DNA of 64,000 bases from Vicugna vicugna (lineage: Eukaryota). This document shows, one piece after another, positions 24,666 to 36,435 of the stretch (positions are counted from its first letter, which is position 1; every line of letters starts with the position of its first letter). The stretch is taken from assembly GCA_013265495.1 (NCBI GenBank), contig MU058387.1, positions 868,001 through 932,000 of the forward strand. Reading direction: 5' to 3'. A program made the translations under genes and the position numbers. The notes under the pieces were generated by a model. It was not told the origin of the DNA. It was given only the letters and a program-made list of their open reading frames with translations, and did no database searches.

Positions 24666-27023
24666 AGAAAGAGGATTATAAGGATGCACGATGCAGCTGC
24701 TGGAGCTGATGTCAGTCATAGTCAGTGGTGGGTTGGAAATTGAATTGCATAGAAACAAATAATGGGTTTAAAGAATAAAAACAGACCACACCCTTAAAAC
24801 TGGGATGCACTTTCCCAAAATAATTTTTGGCCATGATGGGCCATAAAACCTTGTAATTTATTCAGTAAAAATCTATGCTGATTTTTCGTGCTTCTCACAG
24901 TATTTGTGGTAACTCTGTTCTTTTCCACAATTTTCTCTTCATGTCATTCTGAAGAATGACTTGCTTCATGGTTGGATGTGTGATTATAATATTTTATGAG
25001 TGATATTATTGTGATATTAGCTGTAGAATTTACATTAGAAAAAAAAGATTTTGTAGAGCCTTTGAAACTAAGCTGTCTCACCCAAATAAGCAGCTGACTC
25101 CTAGCATCCAGCAGGCCAGGGGCACGCAGTAAAGACACTAGAAAATTAAATGGCCTGGACTCACTATTTTTATTCACGGTATTATGGGATGGGTAAAGGC
25201 ATTTCATAATATCTGTGGGGTAAAATTCGACAAAAACATAAGAGGACTGTTGTAGTTAGTAAAACCAAATCATTCCTTGAGGGTTTTGTTTTGCTAAGTC
25301 ATTAAAGTTGACCAAGATCTAAGTGCAGATAATTACACAGAAAACAGTCCATGATATAGTGAAGTGGATAGATATAGTTAAGTGAATAAAAATCCAAGCC
25401 CAAAATGACAGAAAATATTTGCAAAATAGATATCTGATAAAGGACTTGCATCCAAAATAGTCAAAGAACATTTAAAACACAACTGTAAGAAAATGACTCA
25501 ATTAGAAAATGGATAAAAGATCTGAACAAACACTTTATAAAAGAATATAAAAAATAAACAAAAGATGGCAAATAAACATATCAAAAGATGTTCAAAATAA
25601 TTTGTCAGTATGGAATTGAAACAACCATGTGATGCCAAGACATATTGGTAGAATGCCTAAAATACAAAAACTGAGAGTATCAATTGCTGACTGGGATGGG
25701 AAATAACATGAACCCTCTATTGCTGGTGGAAATGCAAAATGGTACAGCCAATGGGATAAATAGTTTGGCAGTTCCTCACAAAGATTGTATAATCTTACGA
25801 TCTAGTGATTGTGGTTAAAGGTACTTATTTGAATACTTATGTCCACATGAATACCTGCATATGAATGTTTACTGCAGCTTTATTTATTCATAAAGCATCA
25901 AAAACTGAATGTAAATAAGATATCCTTCAATAAGTGAATGGGTAAGCAGTGGTTCATCCATATGATGGAATGCTATTCAATGACAAAAAGAAATCAGTTA
26001 CTGAGCTGAATGAAACGGCTGAATCTTAAATGCAAATTGTTAAGTGCAAGAAGCCAGTCTAAAAAAGTACAAACTGAATTATTTCAATTATATGGCTTTC
26101 TGAAAAGAAGCAAAACTATAGAGGCAGTAAAAAGATCAATGCCAGTGGTTTGACTGAAGCCTGGGAGGAAGCTTAAACAGGTGAGGCACACACATTAAAC
26201 ACTTGTTGAGACTCATAGAACTTTACAGTGCAGAGTAAATGTTAAGGGAATTTTTATGGTGGTGAAATTATTCTTTATGATACTATAATGGTGAAGCCAA
26301 CACATTAGACACTTGTTGAGACTCATAGAACTTTACAGTGCAGAGTAAATGTTAATAAACACAAATTTAAAAAATTATTTAAGAATGTTAGGGATCCCAG
26401 AATAGCCAAGGAGTCCAAATATATTAAAAATACATGTAAGAATCTCACTGAACAATATGGGAGAATATGGTACTTCGAACATAAGTTGGAGTCTGTAAAA
26501 CTGATGGTGGAAAGAACTATAAGGACTCACTGTACTCTAGTTAATAAACTTGTTTCCTACAGGGGTCAGTTAACAATTCTGAAAATACTATATACGTTTA
26601 GTGGACTTGAGCAATTAATAAATGGTAACATTTATGGATATGGGAGTGGGAGGTTACAGATAGACAGGAGAGTAGGCTAGACTGATACATGAGGTAATGG
26701 ATTAGAGTTGGAGATGTCAGTATGAACATGCTTAGCTTAACATAGATACAGGTGGTTATATACAGAGATATTTATTGATACACATTTTAGGGCCCAGAAG
26801 CAATGGAACCCCAGTAGAAATGAGCACACTGAATGCCCAGATTTTAGTTTCTAATACCATTGTCTAATAAAAGGAACTAGAGCTCCTTGATTAAATGGAT
26901 GATTCTAAGACTGGGACAGGAAGTATACATGATGACCCCCAACAGCTTGTAATGCCAGAAAATAAGAAAGTATTTAAATAAAGAAATAAAATACAAAACC
27001 AACCTCTTAATCCTACCCCCCAC

Positions 27024-27024
<1 letters not shown>

Positions 27025-27096
<72 letters not shown>
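27025..27096 (+). repeat. Poly(A) run of 72 nt
   Basis: Uninterrupted A tract, counted directly. Confidence 0.95.
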
Positions 27097-27098
<2 letters not shown>

Positions 27099-27661
27099 CA
27101 CACACAATGATAAAGGAATACAGGGACCAACTGAGAGAGCTCCTAGTGGCCAACTTAGAACAAACACATAAATCAATGATTAAATAAACAGATAGGCAAG
27201 AATAGAAAAATCTCTGATGCAGAGAATCCTGAATAATTTATGCACTATCCACCCATAAGGAGGCGGAGCTTAACCCCTGACTCCTTAACTGTGGGCTGCA
27301 TTTTCTTTCAAAGAATATAGTACAGAGAGAAAGGAAAAAGAAGAGTAACTTTACAGTGTCTAGATCTGACAAACAGTGCCTCAAGAAACTTGATCAAGGT
27401 TAGCATCAACAGTATGTCACATTGATAGTCTGTACTCTTGGTATGATGTGATGAGAATGGATTTACTTCTGTGATCTTCCTCCCCACAAATACGTTACTC
27501 CCATCTAATCATGAAAAAAAAATTAGCTATATCTCCCTTAAAGGACATTCTACAAATTTATTGCCCAATATTCCTCACGACTGTCAAGGTCATAAAAAAA
27601 TTATGAGAAACGGTCACAACCAAGAGGAGCCTCATGAGACATGACTATTAAGTATAGTATA

Positions 27662-27810
27662 GTGGGAGGGAATAAGTCAGTGGTAGATCGCGTGCTCAGC
27701 ATGCATGAGATCCTGGGCTCAATCCCCAGTGCGTCCATTAAAACAAACAAACAAACAAGTAAATAAACCTAATTATCCCCGCTCCAAAACAAGCAAACAA
27801 ACCAACTAAA
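27662..27810 (+). mobile_element. tRNA-Ala-derived camelid SINE (vic-1 type)
   Basis: tcagtggtagatcgcgtgctcagcatgcatgagatcctgggctcaatccccag head; aaataaacctaatta tail. Confidence 0.9.
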
Positions 27811-28060
27811 AGAGCTGAGAAAAACATACAATATGGTGTCTTGGGTGGGATGCTGGAACAAAGAAAGGGCATTAGAAAAAAACTGAAAAATATGTAAATG
27901 AACTATACACTATAGTTCATAATAATGTATCAACATCAGGTCTTTATAAGATGCTATTAATAGATGAACCTGTGTGTATAGTATATGGGAACTCTCTGTA
28001 CTGTCTTCACTTTTTTATGCAAATCTAAAACTTTACTAATGTCAAAAAAATTGTAATTCT

Positions 28061-28142
28061 GAGGAGGAGGGTATGGCTCAGATAGAGTACATGCCTAGCA
28101 TGCACGAGGTCCTGGGTTCAATCCCCAGTAGCTCCATTAAAA

Positions 28143-28186
<44 letters not shown>

Positions 28187-28263
28187 AAGTAAGTAAACCT
28201 AATTATTTCCCTTCAAAACAAAACAAACAAACAAACAACAACAAATAATTTCTTAAAGTAAAT
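28061..28263 (+). mobile_element. tRNA-Ala-derived camelid SINE (vic-1 type) with (TAAA)n
   Basis: tRNA-like head; TSD aaaaaaattgtaattct (28044-28060) / aaaaaaattctaattct (28264-28280). Confidence 0.92.
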
Positions 28264-28579
28264 AAAAAAATTCTAATTCTAGTATTTATCTCATGATGTA
28301 CAATCATGAGTTCTCTACATGTACAATCATGCCCACAGTGAATGATAGCAATTTCATATCTTCTTTTACAATCTTGGTCCCTTTTGTTTTTTTTCTTCTC
28401 TTATTATCAAGGACCTCTCATACAATATTAAATGAAGTAGGGCTTCCCAACCTCATTAAGTATGCTGTTTGCTATTGGTATATTTAAGGTACACTTTCAC
28501 ATGTTCAAATTTTCTATATTTTATTTGTTCAAATTTTCTGTACGTGAGAGATGAGGAAATTTCGGAGGTAGGGACCAAT

Positions 28580-28760
28580 AATTATGGTTATTGTTTTTGA
28601 CTCCCTACTGTGTGAAAACACTCTAGCAGACCCTTTACTTAGATCTTTCTGAATCTACACGCTCACAAGACAAGTAACTTTGTAAATATTTAACTCACCA
28701 GGAGAGTAGTTCTCCGAGAAGTTAAGCAATTTGCTTAATGTCATAAAACTTGTCCAGCAG
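28580..28760 (-). mobile_element. MIR SINE (decayed)
   Basis: ccgagaagttaagcaatttgcttaatgtcata and the upstream tail segment. Confidence 0.6.
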
Positions 28761-29124
28761 AGATAAAATTCCATCTAAAGTAGCATATACTTGAAACAAG
28801 TGATGTAAGGAAAGTTTTTAAATGTAGAGACATTTATTTGTTTAAAAAGGAGATTCAAGAGTTTGAAAAGGAAGGCTTAGGTGGGACGTGAGCTGAGTTT
28901 GAAGGTGAGATCTGAGAAGAGGTCCATAGTGAAAGAAGAGAGAGCTTAGAGGGGTTATACTTTAGGTACACTTTGTGGATGTAGCAAAGTACAGATCCAA
29001 ATGAAGAGCTAGAGGAAGAGAAACAACAAAACTAAACAGAATCAGAATTGGAAATGGCACTCTGGTGTCAGGTGTGGCCCACATGCTCTGACCCTCAGAT
29101 TCACAGAAACTGTAGCAGTAAATA

Positions 29125-29345
29125 TAATCATTAAGGAAACAGCCACTCTGTCAATCACACTTGGTTTCCATATCTGTCTCCACAACCCAATAGCTGTGTG
29201 ATGTTATACAGTTTAATCTCTCTAAGTCTGTTACCTGATTTGCATGAGGGAAAGAACCATGATAAAAAACCTGACAGTGTTACTGAGAGGATTAAATAAG
29301 ATAATGGATGTAATGTACTTGGCAAAGGCAGATACATCTTCTATA
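29125..29345 (+). mobile_element. MIR SINE
   Basis: tagctgtgtga...tttaatctctctaagtctg...gaggattaaataagataatggatgtaa. Confidence 0.8.
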
Positions 29346-29454
29346 AAGACTGCCCTAGGAGTGAGAAATGGAAGAAATTCAAAGACTTTGGTAGAGAGAG
29401 GGCTTGTGAAGAAGGGGAACTTGGAAGTCTATGGGGCAATATTTTTTGTGTTTG

Positions 29455-29568
29455 CTGAACGCTGGAATCACCTGGGGGGGTGGGGAGCTTTAGAAAATTA
29501 TGAGGCCTGGATCCAACCCTAGGGGTTTGATATAATTGATCTGAAGTGGAGGCTGGGCAGTCAGGACT
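29455..29568. mobile_element. MER5A-like hAT-Charlie fragment
   Basis: ggaatcacctgggg..gagctt...taattgatctgaagtggaggctgggca. Confidence 0.7.
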
Positions 29569-29599
29569 TCGTTCCTACTTCACCTTCTTGTTCTACGTC

Positions 29600-30060
29600 T
29601 GCCCCACCTTCTCGTAAAGTCAGCTCCAGTTGGTATTTGGGATCTCACCCTCTGTTTCCTGCTCAGTCGGGTGATACCAGGTAACTCAAGTCTGGCCAAT
29701 CCGAATCTCAGAGTCTTCTGTCACAGATAGGCACGCATCCTTGTTGGGCCAATGAGACACTATGAGACTTATTGAGGTCTTTGGAGGACGGACACTCAAA
29801 CTTGTTGGACTTGAAGCTGAGAGGTGTCAAGTTTTGTAGCTACGCCACTCACATTTCTATCCTGATAAAGAAATTAAGGGATGGGGAGGAATTTAGTTCT
29901 CAGCATCTTAGTCAGCTGTAGCTGAATCTACGCTAACTCCTGTACTTTTAAGTGAATTGTGTTACTATATTTATTTCTTTGCTTCAGCTAGCTTGAGTCA
30001 GATTTTCTTTAACTTTCGGAAAAAAAAATTAAAGAGAGACAGAAAGAAACTTAACTGATA
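29600..30060 (+). mobile_element. Old MLT1 (MaLR) LTR
   Basis: tctggccaatc, gggccaatgaga, tttgcttcagctagcttgagtcagatttt, terminal ttaactgata. Confidence 0.65.
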
Positions 30061-30199
30061 TATTACTTTCTTTCCTATACTCAAATGCCCACGTTCTTTA
30101 CCTACAGGTAAGTCGGTTCATGATTCCTTGTAATAATGCTGCTCAAATAATTTAGCAAGAATTTTCTCTAAAGGGCCACTCTGGGTTAAGCATGAAATT

Positions 30200-30830
30200 T
30201 AATTAACTTGTTGAAATCTAAGATGCGTTCTCGCTAGGCTGCTGGCTGCAAACAGAACCCTGGATAATGAGGCCACCCCAGCTTATCTCAGAGCTCTCCC
30301 CTTCCTGGTTATACTGGAAGAACCAGGTTTTTCATTCTAAAGTGGGAGCTGCAGTGAAACTTACATTTCACGTAAAAAAGGTGCCTGGAAAGCAAGGTGG
30401 CCGTCTGGATGGTTCTGAAACATTTAGTTTCTATTTGATCTTTAGCCACAGGAGTCGGAAAATAGCTTGGCTAATGCTGCTCAGCAAATTCTCTCAAGGA
30501 CAAGGATTCACACTGTGAGTTTTTCTCAGGTCTGATGACTAAATCTCCCACTGCATTTATTACTCAGACACTATCTGTTCCCCGGAGGCAGCGCGAGATA
30601 GAAAGGAAACACTTTGTAGAGAGGAGTTGTGTGCTGAGTATGCATCTCTTTCCCTAGAGCTGCATTTTTGTCACATCGGCCCAGAATAAGGACAGCCGGC
30701 TAAACAGCTTCTCAGTGTTGCGTCGCGAAAGGTAAGGGCGGGCCCCGTGGATGGTTGGAGAGCAGAACGCACTTCAGCTCTCTCTGCTAATACTCACGAA
30801 ACAGAATGCCCGCCCTGTCCTCCTCTAAAA
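30200..30830 (+). promoter_or_regulatory. Candidate promoter or non-coding exon with 5' splice donor at 30731/30732
   Basis: Non-repeat sequence with clustered CpGs, AAG|GTAAGG donor, GC boxes (30736-30741 and about 30810), TGACTAA near 30536. No transcript evidence. Confidence 0.45.
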
Positions 30831-31298
30831 TGCCACAGGTAAACAGTGCTTTTTCATTTTGCAAAGGCAGTTGTATATTCGGGTGGAAAACTTAGCCACT
30901 AGAGGGTCCCTCGGTTCAAAGTCGTAGAATAGAATGTTGAAGAAATTGCACACAGGAAAATAAAAATAGAAAAAGAGAGAGAGAGAATTATAGCACTGAA
31001 AATACAAATAAAAATAAAAACCTGGAATATAAGGCAGCGAGATTGCTCTGGCGCATCACAGTCCTCCTGTATTCCACTACAGGCTATTGGCCATGCATCT
31101 TAAGTAAAATTGTTCCTCTTTGAAGCAGAAGGAAATGGTTTTGTTATAATGTGCTCTATAGCATATTGATAATTATTGATTTGTACTGGCCACTCTATGT
31201 AACCTCAGAGCAAAAGATGGTTTAAGGGCAGGTGGTTTAAGGCCATCCCCACTCCCGTGGAAACCCTGATAGCTAAATTAAGATAAGGATGTCATATT

Positions 31299-31960
31299 GT
31301 GATTTATTAAAAAATATATATTTTTGTCTTTCAGTTGACCAAAATATGTTTCTCATAAATATTTGGTCTTCATCCACAGTTTCTGGCTCAAAGCTCCCCA
31401 AATCCCGGCAATGTCCTAAGTGATGCAGAGCCATAAAGGTGTCTTTTTGTTAGGTTTATGAGGCAACTTTTGGACCATCCCTAAGGATGGGAGGCGGTTG
31501 CCATGCCAACCAATCACGTGATCAGAGCGTTTCAACTTTCAGTCCCACCCCCTTGACCTCTGTTGGGGAGGAGGTAGGGGCTGGAGGTTGAACCAATCAT
31601 CAATGGCCAATGACTTATTCAATTATGCCTGTGTAATGAAGCCTCCATAAAACCCCAAAAGGTTCCAGGCTGGGGAACACGCAGGGGAACTGGGAGAGTG
31701 ATGCACTCAGGGAGCAAAGAAGCTCCACATCCCTTCCCCACTCCTTGCCCTCTGCGTCTCTTCCATCTGCCCGTTCCTGAGTTACATCCTTCTATAGTAA
31801 ACTGTGATCCCGTGAGTAACATTTTTCTCTGAGTTCTGGGAGCTGCCCTAGCAAATTAATTGAACCCAAGGAAGGGTCCTGGAAACCTGTGATTTATAGC
31901 CAGTTGGTCAGAAGGATAGGTAGTAACAGAGGAAAACTGCTTTTGACTTGAGATGTTAAG
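31299..31960 (+). mobile_element. MER21-like LTR
   Basis: aaccaatcacgtgatcagag, actttcagtcccacccc, caatggccaatgactta, taatgaagcctccataaaacccc, ttccatctgcccgttcctgagtt. Confidence 0.85.
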
Positions 31961-33684
31961 CTTAGAAGCCACAAGCTGAGAACATCTATTAGCTTCTGCC
32001 ATGGAATGAATGGTACCCAGATAACATCCCTCCTAAATGTCAGGGTGTTTACTTGTGTGGTCCGAAGAGGTTCTGTCTTCCTCGATTTGGAAGTGGAAGT
32101 GGCTGGAGACGCAGGGAGGTCAGATCTGAAATATTTCTCACTCTCACTCAGACGCTTGAGGGACTCCGGTTGTTGTGAGTAAAAAATATGTCCTAAGACT
32201 GAAGCCTTTCTCAGCACTGTGTGTCTCAAGCATTTTAGGTCCGTTTTTAGTTTTGCTGACAGTGGGAATGTATTTTCAGGCCAGCAGGGATAGTGAGTCA
32301 GATCGGGATAATTGTCCCTCCGTGAACAAACTGATTAAGCTGGGGAAGTTTTTATTGCTGCTGTTTTTGTACTTTTGTTCATATTTTTCCCCATCAGTAA
32401 TGTTCTGAAGCCTTCTTTTTCATGTACTCAGATTTAATCAATTTTTAAGACATTAGAGTCTTAGAACATCTTAAAAGTCTTTGATCCTCCCAGATGACTG
32501 ATCCTTCTGAACTAGAAGACTCCTTAACCTATGCTTTCATTTAGCCCTTGGTCATGTGCATATCATCTTAACATGCATTATTTTCATTTTTATTATTATT
32601 ATATAAGCTACTGCTAACTGTATTTATAGAGATTTTTGCCTTGCATGTGAAAAATAGAGAGCTGAGATTTAAGACCACGTCTGCTTGACGTCTGTACATT
32701 CAATCATTCATCCATTTATTCAGATATTGAGTACTTTAACATGGAAGTCTGTACTTTACAGACAGCGCCACATGGACTATGATCAGTTCCTACATCTGAC
32801 TCCATGAAACAGTCTTCTCATTGGCTTCTATGTGTTTGCTTCTCTGCCCTCTTCTGCTTGGTAAAGGAGGAATCCTTGAGGGAGAGACTGTTTTCTTATT
32901 TATCTTTCTACCTCTTGCATCTAATGTAGCACAAGTGACATTTTAGGCAAATTATCCCTTTTCTCCCTCTTTTCCTCCATTCACCCTTCATGTCAATCAT
33001 GTATTATATTTCAAACTCATACTGAAGTTCTATTCTGTACCAGGGAATTTATTTACTAGGGATACAAAAATTAGTCTGGAATAATGCCTGCCCCTAAAAC
33101 TCATTGGCTTGTGGTGGGTCACCTACATTTAAACAAACAGTAAGACATAACATTTTGAATACAATGATAAGAATGCCCAGACTGGGCATCCCAAAGACTG
33201 AATTCCAAGCCTCTCTTACATTTTATAATAAAAATTTTAAAATGCTGAATGAGGAGTTACAACAAGCACTAGTTTATTTTAAATGCTTTCACATCATACA
33301 CATAAAAATTCACTGAAATACAATTTTGCTGTATGCAGATACTAAGAGGATGTCTAAAATATCGATAGGTTACTACAGGCTGGAAATTCTGTTATGGCTG
33401 TTAAATAGGGGACACATGAGACCACCAGAAGGATTTGCCAAAGGAATATATACAAGGGAATCTGGGTGACTGCTGTTCAAGAGCTGTTCTGGGCACAGGA
33501 CCATGTAGGAGTGTGTGGTTTTGGAAAATAATATCCTCCCCTTGTCAACCTCTTAGGATGAATGAGAATGCCTGTCCTTCACAAGAAGCGGCTTCCAGAA
33601 CCAAAACCCACAATAAGCACCCAATGGGAGGACCAGGCTTGGAGGAAGGAAAGGAGGTCTGGGACAGCTGAGAGGATGGTCTTG

Positions 33685-33880
33685 ATTTGACTCTTTAAAT
33701 CTAACATCTTTTTTTTTTTAACATTTTTTACTGATTTATAATCATTTTACAATGTTTTGTCAAATAAATTTAACATCTTTTAATTTGACTCTTTAAATCT
33801 AACATCTTTTTTTTTTAACATTTTTTACTGATTTATAATCATTTTACAATGTTGTGTCAAATAAATCTAACATCTTTTTA
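33685..33880. repeat. Tandem duplication (2 x about 98 bp), each unit holding a tiny antisense L1 3' tip
   Basis: Units start at 33685 and 33783 and are nearly identical; the core is the reverse complement of 59405-59450. Confidence 0.92.
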
Positions 33881-35861
33881 AATTCTTTCTAGGTTATTTT
33901 TTTTATTCTTGGCTTAAGACTCATTTGAGTCCTAGTTAACCAAGATTATGGTGATGAGAGAAACAGGAAATAAGACCTCAGATGCTTTAATCAGTGAAAT
34001 ATCTTGACTCCTTAACTTATTGCCTTTATTTTATTTGACAAAATGTACTATTCTTACCAAAATTGATATATGTATGCTTACCTATTATAATTTAAACACA
34101 AAAAAAGTGAATAATAAAGAAAGCATTGTTAACCCCTTGGTGTGTGGGACTGTGGGCATGGAGTGTCCTACCAATCTGAGTTAATGACAAATTGCCAAAG
34201 GACATTGGAGGATCACGCAGAGCCTCAGGTGGTAGAGCTGGTTATCAGTCATGATTACACTGAAAGCTGGCAAAGTAGTGTATTCAGTATCGTTACATGA
34301 TGGAGAAAATGTCCCGAACCCCTTTTTAAATGCCATTTTGCTTTCTGAATTTGATGATGATCTTTATCTAATCCAAAATATCTTGGGGATGAGAATCAGT
34401 ACATTAAAGTATATCCATGTTCCAAATGTGTGGCAATATTATTGCAGCAAGAAATTCAGTCCTGATGCAAGGAAGGAGCTCAAATTTGTGCTGCACGTGG
34501 ATCACTGTAGATTTACCAAAGAGTTATAAACCAGATCCCCATCTGGGAAGGGTTTGATAAAACACCTTTCCTATGGAACACAGACCAAGAACACTAACAA
34601 AGAAATATACAAAGAATTAAATCCATGCTACCTCAGTCTTCTCACTAAGTTGATTTTATCCATATCATCCCAACCTGGATAGTTTATTTCTTGGTCTTTT
34701 TTCTTTTCTTTCAAAAAGATCCAATGTGTCAAGGAGAGAATTACCTGACTCCAACCAGATCAAATTTCTTTATCAGAGAAAATAATACCATTAGAAGGCA
34801 GTACAGCAATGTTTTATTCTATTTTATATTTTTCTGAGTTTTTCTCTTCTCAAGAAAACATTCTGAGCTTTCAGGTTAACAGTGGTGCACACAGAAAACA
34901 TGCATTGGGAATAACAGGGCTGAAATTAGTTATTTTTAAAGGGCATCTTTCCAAATTGGACTTGATATGAGCTCTGTTAATGGATATGATGGCTGGCTGA
35001 AGGTGGCAAATCAAGAAATATGACAAGAGACTAGGTAGCTGGTCTTGCTTTACATCTTCATTACTGATTGAAAAGGAGCAAATAGCACATTAAATGTGGA
35101 TGGTATTAATTCAATAGCTTTTGAAAGCCCTAGTGAGGTCAGAGAAAGGCTTTTTACAAAGGCTTGTAAAACTTGGAATGAATGAAAAAAAAATTGAAAT
35201 AAGAGAAAAGAGACTTCCCAGAGCTTGGGAACAAGTAATGCTCAGAATCAATAAGTAATGAAAAGATTACACTGTTAATGAGAAAAACTGAATAATACCT
35301 CAGATTTATAGTGGGAAGAAAAGTGAATGGAACTTGCAGTCTGACCCAAGGGTGAAAAGATAAAGGTAATTAGCATATTGTGTGCAAGGTAGGAATTTAA
35401 GAATGTGAGTATTTATACAAAATGAAGATGCCACCCACATGTAGTCTTCCACAGTTCTGTCATCACAAATAAAGACTGGAGGAATCCTTGTATGTGTCAG
35501 TCGTCCGAAACAAATAGGCTCACACTCCTTGTTTACTTCCAGGAGCGACTAGAATTATATCCAGGTCCTCCTATGACTTATAAGCTGACGACACAAGTTG
35601 ATATTCTCTCTACTGGGAATGTAGCCGTGAATAAAACAGGTGAAACCCTGTCCTTTCTGAACCTAAATTCCAATGGTCGAGAGACACAAATGAGTGAGAA
35701 TATGTCCAGAAAATTTTAAAGACAAAACAAAACTAAGGACTATTAAGAATAAATTTGAATAATAAAATAAAAGTATAATTTTAAGAGTGTTAGAAATTCT
35801 ATACTAGCTGCATTTGCGTTAAGCCTTATAGATACACAAGTTACAGTAACAAATTTATCAT

Positions 35862-36435
35862 CTGTTTTAGTTGTCCAATAGTATAACAAATCACCCCAAA
35901 CTTAGTGGTTTAAAACAATAGCGATGTTCCTGTTATTATTCTGTACATTCTGGGAGACTGACTAGGCTCAGTTGGAGAGCATTTCTGTGTTTGGTTGCTT
36001 TTTTCCGCTACTTTCAGTCAAGCTGTGGCTGGGGCTGGAATCATCTCTAAAGCTTCTGTGCTCACCTGTCTGTCGCACGGTCTGGGAAGGTCCAAAGGGC
36101 TGGGGCTGTGGCAGCTTCAGCTCCTGAGACGTCTCTCTCATCCTTGAGGTTTCTCCGTATGGGGATTTCACAGTGGCTCTGGCCTCTAAGGACACATGGC
36201 CTCACAGAGAGAGAAGAAAACCAGGGGACAACTGTATTGCTTTTGTAATCTACTCGAGGATTAATTAGTGTCACTTCTCCCACCATCTGGTGGTTGAAAA
36301 ATTTATAAAGGTTCACCTAGTTTCAAGGAGAAGAAACAGACACCATCTCTGGCTTGCAGGAGCTTCCTGTTGTAAAAAGTACCCAGGGGATGAGATATAT
36401 ACTGTTATCATAGTCTTTGGAAAACACTACCTGTC
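35862..36435 (-). mobile_element. MLT1F-like MaLR LTR
   Basis: ataacaaatcaccccaaacttagtggtttaaaacaa, ggggctggaatcatct, gtcacttctcccaccatct. Confidence 0.85.

Larger units (their letters stand above)
25400..28040 (+). mobile_element. L1MC-type element (ORF2 end plus long 3' UTR) with nested insertions
   Basis: ORF2 end (aaaatatttgcaaaata...tctgataaaggactt), then L1MC3/4-like UTR (gggcccagaagcaatg..ccccagtag..atgagcacac; ccaactgagagagctcc; gggaactctctgtactgtctt). Confidence 0.85.

Noticed and set aside
26877..27176. Poly-phenylalanine ORFs
   Set aside because: Translation of the poly(A) run on the minus strand.
34251..34529. 92-aa ATG-initiated ORF with protein-like composition
   Set aside because: No recognisable homology, no splice or promoter support; length is within the chance range. 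Nearby 34700-35050 may be a CR1/L3 remnant, but the match is too weak to call.
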